Shown here: positions 36,452-43,374 of the stretch, in pieces
Position numbering within the stretch: the stretch's first letter is position 1
Layout of the letters: the number at the start of each line of letters is the position of its first letter
DNA from: Candidatus Saccharimonadales bacterium
Lineage (GTDB): Bacteria; Patescibacteriota; Saccharimonadia; Saccharimonadales; JBBQAJ01
Assembly: GCA_038206875.1 (NCBI GenBank)
Contig: JBBRAK010000005.1
Location: forward strand, 385-64,384
Direction: 5' to 3'
Length of the DNA stretch: 64,000 bases
Program-made: the position numbers and the translations under genes
Notes under the pieces: generated by a model
Told to the model about the DNA's origin: nothing
Databases searched by the model: none
The model's input: the letters and a program-made list of their open reading frames with translations, nothing else

Positions 36452-36934
36452 TTATTCCTCCTTTATTACTTTCTTGTTCTCCATTTTCACTTTTACCATG
36501 GCATGTCGGATTACTTGTTCGCCTAGTACGTATCCAGGCTGTAGTTCCTCGCAAACCACTTCAACATCGCCCTTGCCTTCTTCCATATGAATTGCTTCGT
36601 GAAGATGGGGATTAAACACCTCACCCACAGTCTTTATTCTTGCAACACCTATGTCCAGTAAAGTTTTTTCAAATTGTTTGACTACACCTTGCACGCCTCT
36701 GACGTAGTCGTTGCCAACCAATTCTTTAGGTACATGCTTGAGAGAACGCTCCAGGTTATCGATTGCTGGCAAAAGCTCACTTATCACATTGGCTTTGACC
36801 ATATTCCGAAGTTCGCCAATCTGCTGTTCGTGCCTACGGCGCATGTTCTCAGCATCTGCCCTCTCTTGCTTTAATGCATTCGTAAGCTCTTCCATTTCTG
36901 TTCGTGGGTGCTGAGGTTTGGTGCTCTTAGACAT
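36452..36934 (-). CDS. grpE: Nucleotide exchange factor GrpE
   Basis: It has a GrpE coiled coil plus a beta domain (FNPHLHEAI...[16 protein letters not shown]) and lies between hrcA and dnaK. Confidence 0.93.
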   Translation of the reverse strand: MSKSTKPQHPRTEMEELTNALKQERADAENMRRRHEQQIGELRNMVKANVISELLPAIDNLERSLKHVPKELVGNDYVRGVQGVVKQFEKTLLDIGVARIKTVGEVFNPHLHEAIHMEEGKGDVEVVCEELQPGYVLGEQVIRHAMVKVKMENKKVIKEE

Positions 36935-37178
36935 GTTTTTTTACCCCATCTGCAAAAAAATTGTTTATTTCAAATGCCGTCATCAGCGCAAGAGTCGCTA
37001 GAGGACTTGCAGAATCCCAAGATGCTACGATTCCTTCCGCACCTACCCGGGTCCTAGCGGTTGTTATAGCAATGTCGTCACCAGCTCTAACAGAGGAGTC
37101 GCATACTCTGACTAGTCCTTCGAAATCAGGATAAGTCTCACCTATTGTTTCAAATACTTGTCTTGATACTTTACTCAT
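36927..37178 (-). CDS. Hypothetical 83-aa protein wedged between hrcA and grpE
   Basis: It overlaps both neighbours by 8 nt. No family was recognised. Confidence 0.4.
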   Translation of the reverse strand: MSKVSRQVFETIGETYPDFEGLVRVCDSSVRAGDDIAITTARTRVGAEGIVASWDSASPLATLALMTAFEINNFFADGVKKHV

Positions 37179-37875
37179 ACATGGCTCCTTCCAGCGCTTC
37201 GCCAGCGCGTTTTACCAGACTCATTACATCTTTGTAGTTTTGACGTGTTGGGCCTAGTACTCCAATGTAGCTTTCGTCACTGTATGAACTGCGAAATTTA
37301 CTAATAATTAGCGAGCATTGGGCACTACTGCCTATGGGGTTTTCGGCGCCAATATATACGCTAAGTGGTTTGTTGGGCGATGCTTCTCGTAACCACGGCT
37401 CTAGATTGTCTAATAAACTTGCGACCTGTTGAACTTGAGCACCACCAATAAACTCTGGTTGCCCAAACAGATTTGCAAGTCCACCCATGTATAACTGATC
37501 ACCGATTGTAGCCAGTCCTAGATTGTGCGTAAGCTCCACAAGAGTGTCTACGGCATTTCTTATGGTTCGCTCCGGCAATCCACCACCACCAACTCTGGCA
37601 GTTAAAGCGCGTTCACCTCGACTTTCGGTTGGCGTTTCAGTTTGCTCGCTAACGTTGTTTACGTAGTATCTGTAGCCTTTGTCTGTCGGCACGCGACCGG
37701 CGCTGGTGTGAGGTTGGTGAATAAACCCAAGTTTTTCTAGCTCAGCCATTTCAGCACGAATAGTCGCAGAACTTACGTTAAAAACTTTCGCAAGCAACGA
37801 AGAACCTACCGGACTGGCAACTTCAGCATACTGTTCAACTATAGCTGATAAAAGTAATGTTTGGCGTTCTGTCAT
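37171..37875 (-). CDS. hrcA: Heat-inducible repressor HrcA (short form, 234 aa)
   Basis: It has an N-terminal wHTH (LTERQTLLLSAIVEQY...GSSLLAK...SSATIRAEMAELEKLGFIHQPHTSAGRVPTDKGYRYYV) and the C-terminal GVLGPTRQNYKDV motif. Confidence 0.9.
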   Translation of the reverse strand: MTERQTLLLSAIVEQYAEVASPVGSSLLAKVFNVSSATIRAEMAELEKLGFIHQPHTSAGRVPTDKGYRYYVNNVSEQTETPTESRGERALTARVGGGGLPERTIRNAVDTLVELTHNLGLATIGDQLYMGGLANLFGQPEFIGGAQVQQVASLLDNLEPWLREASPNKPLSVYIGAENPIGSSAQCSLIISKFRSSYSDESYIGVLGPTRQNYKDVMSLVKRAGEALEGAMYE

Positions 37876-37899
37876 GGCACTCGTTTAGTTATAGTGCCA
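37875..37899. promoter_or_regulatory. Proximal CIRCE-like operator overlapping the hrcA start
   Basis: TGGCACTC-GTTTAGTTA-TAGTGCCA has one arm mismatch to a perfect palindrome. It sits between the -10 element and the ATG. Confidence 0.55.
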
Positions 37900-37929
37900 A
37901 TTATACTAAAGCTGGCACTCCTGTGTCAA
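37900..37929 (-). promoter_or_regulatory. hrcA operon promoter TTGACA-N18-TATAAT
   Basis: On the minus strand TTGACA (37924-37929) lies inside the spacer of the distal CIRCE, and TATAAT is at 37900-37905. Confidence 0.6.
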
Positions 37930-37938
37930 GAGTGCCAG
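37912..37938. promoter_or_regulatory. Distal CIRCE operator (perfect palindrome)
   Basis: CTGGCACTC-CTGTGTCAA-GAGTGCCAG keeps the GCACTC-N9-GAGTGC core identical to the CIRCE consensus. Confidence 0.75.
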
Positions 37939-38129
37939 TTCTTTTTGTTGATTGGAGATTCTGGAAAAGTATAGCTTGGAGGTTTTAACGAGTACCCGAG
38001 CAAGTTGTAGCTGGCTACTACTTGTTGGAACGGAGATAAAAACTTCAAGCTAGGCTATTTTAGAATTTCCAGACGTCGAAAAGATGCTGGCACTTTTGAC
38101 TGTAGCCCTTGAACCAATCCTACGCTGAC

Positions 38130-39380
38130 TTACTTGTCGCCGTCACCCGACCACACAATTGGTTTTTTGGAAGTAACACCCTCGCCTGCATTAGGTAAGA
38201 CCGTTTGACCAGACTCTGACTTTTGAGATTGTAGGCTTGGCTGAACGCTCGGGGGGGTTGTTTCTGCAGGTGACTTGAATGTGTTAGGTGATTTGTTTGG
38301 TTGATCTGGAAAATGATTCTTGTGAAAAAGTCTTTCGGCTCGAAATTTTCTATACCAAGCTCTAAAAAGCAGAAGCAGTATGATAATTCCAAAGAAACCG
38401 ATTATTGGAAGTACATAAACTAATATGTTCTTTTTAGGTGCGACGTTAACAGCAAATTCTTGTACTGTATAAGGGTCTCCGGGGGTGTCGTTCACAGTCA
38501 CACTGGCGAGCACCCTTCCCTTGCCATCTTTTTCTTCAGTTATATCGTAGGTGCCTGGTTTAATATTTACAAAACTAGCGATTCCGTTATCGTCAGAAAC
38601 AGCAGACTGTGCACCTATATATACTGTTTTTCCAACCACCGGATTGCCTTTTTTGTCCAAAATTTTGATGGCAACAAGATATCCTGGTTTTTCAACGGTG
38701 TCTTGTGCGGGTGTAGCAGGATCAGCTGTAGTGGGTGATGGCTTAGTTGAGGTTGAAGGGGTTGAGGTTGAAGGGGTTGAGGTTGTGGGTTTAGTTGGAG
38801 GAGATGTTGCTGGTGGAGTTGATGGTGGAGTTTCAGGTGATGTTAGAGTATATGTGCCTCCGGCGGTAGCACCATTCCATACATTTTGTCCATCAGAAGG
38901 ACGAACCATGGCACTACTTGATGCAAATGTAATTGCCGTGGAGCCAGAACCAACTAGAACTTTGAAGCTAACATCTGCAACTTTATTGGTACCTGTTAGG
39001 TTGCTACTGTGAGCACAGCCAATCTTTACACTACCACCACCCCCGCTCGTCGAGCAGTAAAGCGTAAAGGCAGACGCGGATTTATCAACACTGATAAATT
39101 CAAGTTGGCTGGTGTCGTAGTTTAAATCCGCTTCCACGGCGTTGATAGCATCAGTTGAAGTGGAATTAACCGTAACTTTTAGAGTGCTGTCTTTCAGATA
39201 ACTCCCGCTTGCAGGTGTCAAGGTCAGTTGTCCACTTCCAGCGGCACTTACGCTACTCAAACCTACGACAGCCAAAAATAGCGTTGTCAAAGAAGTAAGC
39301 GATACAAGCTTGGACATAAGACGCTTAGGGCTAAATGAGCTTTTGGGAATATTATTAATCATTGTTGAAATTTCCTTCAT
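38130..39380 (-). CDS. Surface protein: signal peptide, cohesin-like domain, PT-rich linker, CarboxypepD_reg-like domain, C-terminal TM anchor and tail
   Basis: An ATG at 39380 follows the upstream stop by 2 nt; the ORF-track start at 39395 is a TTG. Domain evidence: cohesin-like LTLTPASGSYLKDSTLKVTV...NAVEADLNYDTSQLEFISVD...NKVADVSFKVL; linker PPSTPPATSPPTKPTTSTPSTSTPSTSTKPSPTT; KKGNPVVGKTVYIG...IKPGTYDI; TM ILVYVLPIIGFFGIIILLLLF. Confidence 0.7.
   Translation of the reverse strand: MKEISTMINNIPKSSFSPKRLMSKLVSLTSLTTLFLAVVGLSSVSAAGSGQLTLTPASGSYLKDSTLKVTVNSTSTDAINAVEADLNYDTSQLEFISVDKSASAFTLYCSTSGGGGSVKIGCAHSSNLTGTNKVADVSFKVLVGSGSTAITFASSSAMVRPSDGQNVWNGATAGGTYTLTSPETPPSTPPATSPPTKPTTSTPSTSTPSTSTKPSPTTADPATPAQDTVEKPGYLVAIKILDKKGNPVVGKTVYIGAQSAVSDDNGIASFVNIKPGTYDITEEKDGKGRVLASVTVNDTPGDPYTVQEFAVNVAPKKNILVYVLPIIGFFGIIILLLLFRAWYRKFRAERLFHKNHFPDQPNKSPNTFKSPAETTPPSVQPSLQSQKSESGQTVLPNAGEGVTSKKPIVWSGDGDK
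38746..38790 (-). repeat. 15-nt tandem repeat x3 (third copy imperfect) in the PT linker
   Basis: The + strand reads GTTGAGGTTGAAGGG GTTGAGGTTGAAGGG GTTGAGGTTGTGGGT, which encodes the repeating STPST units. Confidence 0.8.
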
Positions 39381-39382
39381 TT

Positions 39383-40324
39383 TTATAATCCCCAATTAGC
39401 AGCTAAAATTGATAAGTCGAATATGTTCACCTGGGTGTCATTGTTTAAATCACCTTGGGATCTTGTTTTTGATGTTCCGCCCCAATTAGCTGCGAGTATG
39501 GAAAGGTCGAAGATGTTTACCGAATTATCCCCGTTGACGTCTCCAGCTTTGGATGGAGGTGGAGGCGCTTGACTAACAGTAATCGAGACTGATGAGGCTC
39601 TATTGTTTCCGGCGGCATCATAGGCTGTTGCCGATACAACATACGGACCATCATTAACGGATGTACTGTTCCAGTTGTAGCTGTAGGGACTAGTGGTATC
39701 AGTATTCACTATTGTTGCGCCAACTCTAAACTCAACTTTAGTGACACCAACGTCATCGCTAGCTGTAGCAGTCAACGGCACAGTTCCACTTACGGTTGCG
39801 TTGTTGGCAGGCGCAGTTAGAGAAACAGACGGTTGAGTGGTATCGCCAGGGTTTGAGCAATTTGTCCCAACGCCAGTAGGCACACATGTAGTGTCTGCTG
39901 TTAATATAACTAAATCTAAACTTACACTTGGCTCACGTCCAATCATTTTAAAAGTATGGTTCCCTGTGGATAAAGTTAGGTTAGTCTTGGTAGCACTATT
40001 GCCACTTTGATAATCCACCCATGTCCAAGTGTTTGCTGTAATTGCACTATCCCCAACTGTTATACAACTTCCGCCATCCACCTCTAGAAGATAGGAATTG
40101 TTCGTGGAGTCCGGAGCTTTTATACGACTCCAAACTCTATAAGTACTGGCGACTGGGACGTTAACTGTTATAGTTGAACTACCTAGGTCTGTGGGCTGAG
40201 TAGCACAAGCAGCATTTACTTTTTTTGAGTTGATACCAAGAAATAGTATTAAAAACAGTAGTCCGACGAAAAACATTAGTGGCGAGGTTACCATTCCTAA
40301 AAGTTGTTTCATGAATTTATCCAT
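39383..40324 (-). CDS. Secreted protein: CBM-like beta-sandwich, Ig-like domain, C-terminal double dockerin
   Basis: It has a signal/TM segment (LMFFVGLLFLILFLGI), a CBM-like pattern (YRVWSRIKAP..NSYLLEVDGG..NTWTWVDY..GNHTFKMIGREPSVSLDLVILT) and an Ig-like domain (TVSGTVPLTATASDDVGVTKVEFRV...ATAYDAAGN). The dockerin is GDVNGDNSVNIFDLSILAANWG ... GDLNNDTQVNIFDLSILAANWG. Confidence 0.7.
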   Translation of the reverse strand: MDKFMKQLLGMVTSPLMFFVGLLFLILFLGINSKKVNAACATQPTDLGSSTITVNVPVASTYRVWSRIKAPDSTNNSYLLEVDGGSCITVGDSAITANTWTWVDYQSGNSATKTNLTLSTGNHTFKMIGREPSVSLDLVILTADTTCVPTGVGTNCSNPGDTTQPSVSLTAPANNATVSGTVPLTATASDDVGVTKVEFRVGATIVNTDTTSPYSYNWNSTSVNDGPYVVSATAYDAAGNNRASSVSITVSQAPPPPSKAGDVNGDNSVNIFDLSILAANWGGTSKTRSQGDLNNDTQVNIFDLSILAANWGL

Positions 40325-40462
40325 AAGGGTCTGTTTATGTTGTTTGTGGAGTTCATTTGCCTAAAATTTAATTATTACTAGTTTACTCCCTAAATTAGCA
40401 TAAGGTCAATTAAATTCTTCGTGATACAATAAGCTTAATTAAAAATAGCGGAAAAGGTACAT

Positions 40463-42007
40463 ATGAAAAAACTTCGCAATTCCAATAGAAAAAATATCAA
40501 AAAAAGTCTACTTTCCAAGTTCGGACGAAAATCAGGCAACCAAAGTACGTCTGTACTACTAATCGCAATCCTGTTATTTGCCCTGGTAGGCGCAAGTTTT
40601 CTTGTTAGGTCGTTTGCTGCTAGCGCAACTCTGTATCTAACCCCAGCAACATCAACTATTAGCCTAGGTTCGACTTTTAGCGTGACAATACGAGAGAACA
40701 GTAACACGGAAGTAATAAACGCTGTTCAGGCAAATTTAACCTATAACGCAACTATGCTTCAGTATTTGAGTACAGACACAGCGACCAGCGCATTCGACCT
40801 ATCGGGATCTTCTACCGGAGGAAATGGAAGCGTAAGTGTTGCCAGAGCAAAGTCTGGCACTAGCCTAACTGGAGATCAAATCGTTGCTGTGGTAAGTTTC
40901 AAAGTTATTGGCACAGGCAGTGTTACTGTAGGCTTTGCACCGAATTCTTCACTAGTTCGTACATCGGATACGGCAAATGTTTTATCAGTGACTACTCCTG
41001 CTACCTATACTCTGAACGATTCAACCGCCCCAAGCGTTCCAACCGGGCTGGTTGCGGGGACGAGGACGGTTAACTCGATTGCCTTTAGCTGGACTGCCTC
41101 AACGGACAACAAAGCAGTTACAGGATATAAAGTATATAGAAACGGCACCCTCGTAAACGGCAATGTCACGCCCACTAGCTTTACTGACTCTGGTCTTGCA
41201 CCTAACACCAGTTATTCATATACGGTTTCGGCTTTTGATGCAGCTGCAAATACGTCCGCAGTATCTTCAGCTGTTGCAATTTCGACTTTGCCTGATACCA
41301 CCGCACCAAGTGTTCCCGCCGGTTTAACAGCGGGCACAAAAACGGTTAACTCGATTGCCTTCAGCTGGACTGCATCTACCGACAATGTTTCGGTTACTGG
41401 TTATAAAATATACAGGAGTGGTGTTCAGATAGGAACAACAGCTTCCACGAATTATAACCAAACTGGACTTACTCCCAATACCAGCTATTCATACACCGTT
41501 GCAGCGTATGATGGCGTCGGTAACACATCTGCGCAGACAAGCCCGCTAGTTACAAGTACACTAGCCGATACTTCAGCGCCCAGCGCCCCGCAGGGTCTGA
41601 GCTCTCCTTCGCAGGCAACAACTAGCATTGCACTAGCTTGGAATGCATCTACGGATAACGTAGGGGTTGCTGGCTACAATATTTTACGAAACGGTACCAA
41701 AGTCAACACCAGTACGTCTACTAGCTTTACTGACACAAGTTTGGCTCAAGGTGCCCAGTACACATATACAGTAACTGCCTATGATTTGGCAGGAAATACA
41801 TCGGCTGTAAGCAACTCTCTAACAACTACCACCAAGGTTAAAGCTGGAGATGTCAATAGTGATGGAGTTGTGAACATTTTTGACCTGTCAATCTTGGCAA
41901 ATAATTTTGGTCAGTCCGGCAAAACATTTGCACAAGGCGACTTAAATAATGATGGAGTAGTGAACATTTTTGACCTGTCAATCTTGGCGGCCAACTGGGC
42001 TACTTAA
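40463..42007 (+). CDS. Secreted protein: cohesin-like domain, three FN3 modules, C-terminal double dockerin
   Basis: It has a signal anchor (VLLIAILLFALVGASFLV), a cohesin-like domain (LYLTPATSTISLGSTFSVTI...NAVQANLTYNATMLQYLSTD...DQIVAVVSFKVI), three copies of (APSVP.GL...SI.F.W.ASTDN..V.GY..YR.G......T.....GL.PNTSYSYTV.A.D..GNTSA), and the dockerin GDVNSDGVVNIFDLSILANNFG ... GDLNNDGVVNIFDLSILAANW. Confidence 0.75.
   Translation: MKKLRNSNRKNIKKSLLSKFGRKSGNQSTSVLLIAILLFALVGASFLVRSFAASATLYLTPATSTISLGSTFSVTIRENSNTEVINAVQANLTYNATMLQYLSTDTATSAFDLSGSSTGGNGSVSVARAKSGTSLTGDQIVAVVSFKVIGTGSVTVGFAPNSSLVRTSDTANVLSVTTPATYTLNDSTAPSVPTGLVAGTRTVNSIAFSWTASTDNKAVTGYKVYRNGTLVNGNVTPTSFTDSGLAPNTSYSYTVSAFDAAANTSAVSSAVAISTLPDTTAPSVPAGLTAGTKTVNSIAFSWTASTDNVSVTGYKIYRSGVQIGTTASTNYNQTGLTPNTSYSYTVAAYDGVGNTSAQTSPLVTSTLADTSAPSAPQGLSSPSQATTSIALAWNASTDNVGVAGYNILRNGTKVNTSTSTSFTDTSLAQGAQYTYTVTAYDLAGNTSAVSNSLTTTTKVKAGDVNSDGVVNIFDLSILANNFGQSGKTFAQGDLNNDGVVNIFDLSILAANWAT
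41021..41835 (+). repeat. Three tandem ~273-nt FN3-encoding modules
   Basis: The modules align at both protein and nucleotide level, for example TTAACTCGATTGCCTTTAGCTGGACTGCCTC versus TTAACTCGATTGCCTTCAGCTGGACTGCATC. Confidence 0.7.
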
Positions 42008-42738
42008 TTGTTTTCTAGCCAGTTTTTTGTGTCTGCCTGAAGTTTCATGACCAACGCTTTTCCTTTTTTTTGAACCTCAGAATCAATACGTCCCTCCGCT
42101 ATATCTACAATATTGTTAACGGACTCGTGAAAATCATCATTTATAACAAATGAATAATATTCGTGGTTTAGAGCCGCATCAAATTCTAATACTGCACTTT
42201 CCAGTCGCCGTTTTTTTTCTGCCTTTGACATATCACCCCTGCCCTCTAGTCTTTTCATCCACTCCTCAAAACTTGGCGGAAGAACGAATATGGCAATAGC
42301 ACTTGGGCATGCTTCTACAATGTTGTGCATACCGACTATCTCTATTTCATTTACAGCGATTTTGCCATTTTGGTGAGCTTTTTTTAGTTCACGGATGCTT
42401 ATACCAGATACATGTTGATTGTGTATTATGGCGGCCTCTAGAAAGTTTCCGGCTTTTAAATCTGCCAATATTTCTGCTTCCGACCTAAACCAATATTCAC
42501 GCCCATCTTGTTCCATTACGCCGTTATTTGCACGTTTATGTCTAGTTGTGTCAGAAATTATGTAGTGAAAATCTCCTGTTTTTAGAATTTCAGATATAAT
42601 CGTATTTCGCCCACCAGCAGTCACTGATATAAGTAAAACTAGCTTTGTTTGATTTAGAATTGCTTTGCTTTCGTCTGATATACGATAATTTGCCAAAACA
42701 TCTTGAAATTCCGTAAGACGCTCTAGTTTGTTTTCCAT
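42004..42738 (-). CDS. Guanylate kinase-family protein with an N-terminal extension and an atypical P-loop
   Basis: GK-fold motifs are present: SDTTRHKR...GREYWFRSEAEILADLKAGNFLEAAIIHNQHVSGISI, VLPPSFEEWMKRLEGRG and FVINDDFHESV. The P-loop position reads SVTAGGRNT instead of GPSGxGK[ST]. Confidence 0.65.
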   Translation of the reverse strand: MENKLERLTEFQDVLANYRISDESKAILNQTKLVLLISVTAGGRNTIISEILKTGDFHYIISDTTRHKRANNGVMEQDGREYWFRSEAEILADLKAGNFLEAAIIHNQHVSGISIRELKKAHQNGKIAVNEIEIVGMHNIVEACPSAIAIFVLPPSFEEWMKRLEGRGDMSKAEKKRRLESAVLEFDAALNHEYYSFVINDDFHESVNNIVDIAEGRIDSEVQKKGKALVMKLQADTKNWLENN

Positions 42739-42818
42739 ATCTTCTATCTTATCAGCATAGTAGTTGTTTTTACGATTAAATAGGCGTATACCTTAAAACG
42801 TAAATTAAGGAGGGCTAT

Positions 42819-43238
42819 ATGCCGACAGTTGATATTAATTGGCTAGCAATTGTTGCTGCCGTGATCGTAAACATGATCATAGGAGCAATCTGGTATTCAC
42901 CGGCATTGTTTGCTAAAGATTGGTCAAAATTAGTTGGACGCAAAATGAACGAAATGGGTGATGGAGCTAAAAGTTACGCAATCACTACCGCCGGAGCATT
43001 CGTACAGGCTTTTATTTTGCTACACATCGTAACTTATTCTGCGTATTTTTATCCGGACTATTCCAATGTTTCTGTTGGACTAATAACTGCTGTTTGGCTA
43101 TGGCTTGGTTTCGTAGCCGTACCACAAGGAGTGAATACGATTTTTGCAGGTGGTCGTAAAAAACTTTGGGCAATTAACACTGGTTATTTTTTGGTAGTTT
43201 TGTTGATAAACGGTGTTCTTCTATCTGTTTGGAAATAA
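42819..43238 (+). CDS. DUF1761-like membrane protein
   Basis: The SD is AAGGAGG. It shows the pattern INWLAIVAAVIVNMIIGAIWYSPALF and has 4 TM helices. Confidence 0.55.
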   Translation: MPTVDINWLAIVAAVIVNMIIGAIWYSPALFAKDWSKLVGRKMNEMGDGAKSYAITTAGAFVQAFILLHIVTYSAYFYPDYSNVSVGLITAVWLWLGFVAVPQGVNTIFAGGRKKLWAINTGYFLVVLLINGVLLSVWK

Positions 43239-43318
43239 GCAATTTTTACACTTTAAAAATTAAAATCATGTGCAATTTTTGTCGCATGGGTGTAGCATAA
43301 GAACAAACAAATACTCGT

Positions 43319-43361
43319 AAAAAATGCCTTGTGAAGTTCTCGTAATTTCACAAGGCTTTTT
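43319..43361. terminator. Bidirectional rho-independent terminator between the DUF1761 gene and lepA
   Basis: A perfect 10-bp stem GCCTTGTGAA-N11-TTCACAAGGC is flanked by AAAAAA on the left and TTTTT on the right. Confidence 0.7.
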
Positions 43362-43374
43362 GATTTATATAGGC

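Noticed and set aside
36450-36554. 35-aa N-terminal extension of DnaK (ORF-track start at 36554); similar 5' extensions of ruvA (20511-20543), pyrE (57859-57915), pyrD (59634-59705) and the GGDEF gene (29069-29104)
   Set aside because: Canonical N-termini with an SD or promoter geometry lie at internal ATGs. The extensions overlap neighbouring genes or promoters and have no homology to the respective families.
38551-39012. 153-aa Gly/Val-rich + strand ORF
   Set aside because: It is antisense to the Pro/Thr/Ser linker of the cohesin protein; complementary ACC/CCA codons give GGT/TGG. It is an artefact of the repeat.
41021-42004. Regularly spaced repeats that might have been a CRISPR-like array
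   Set aside because: The repeats are ~273-nt FN3 coding modules and 90-nt-spaced dockerin repeats inside one continuous ORF. No short repeat-spacer periodicity occurs anywhere in the window.
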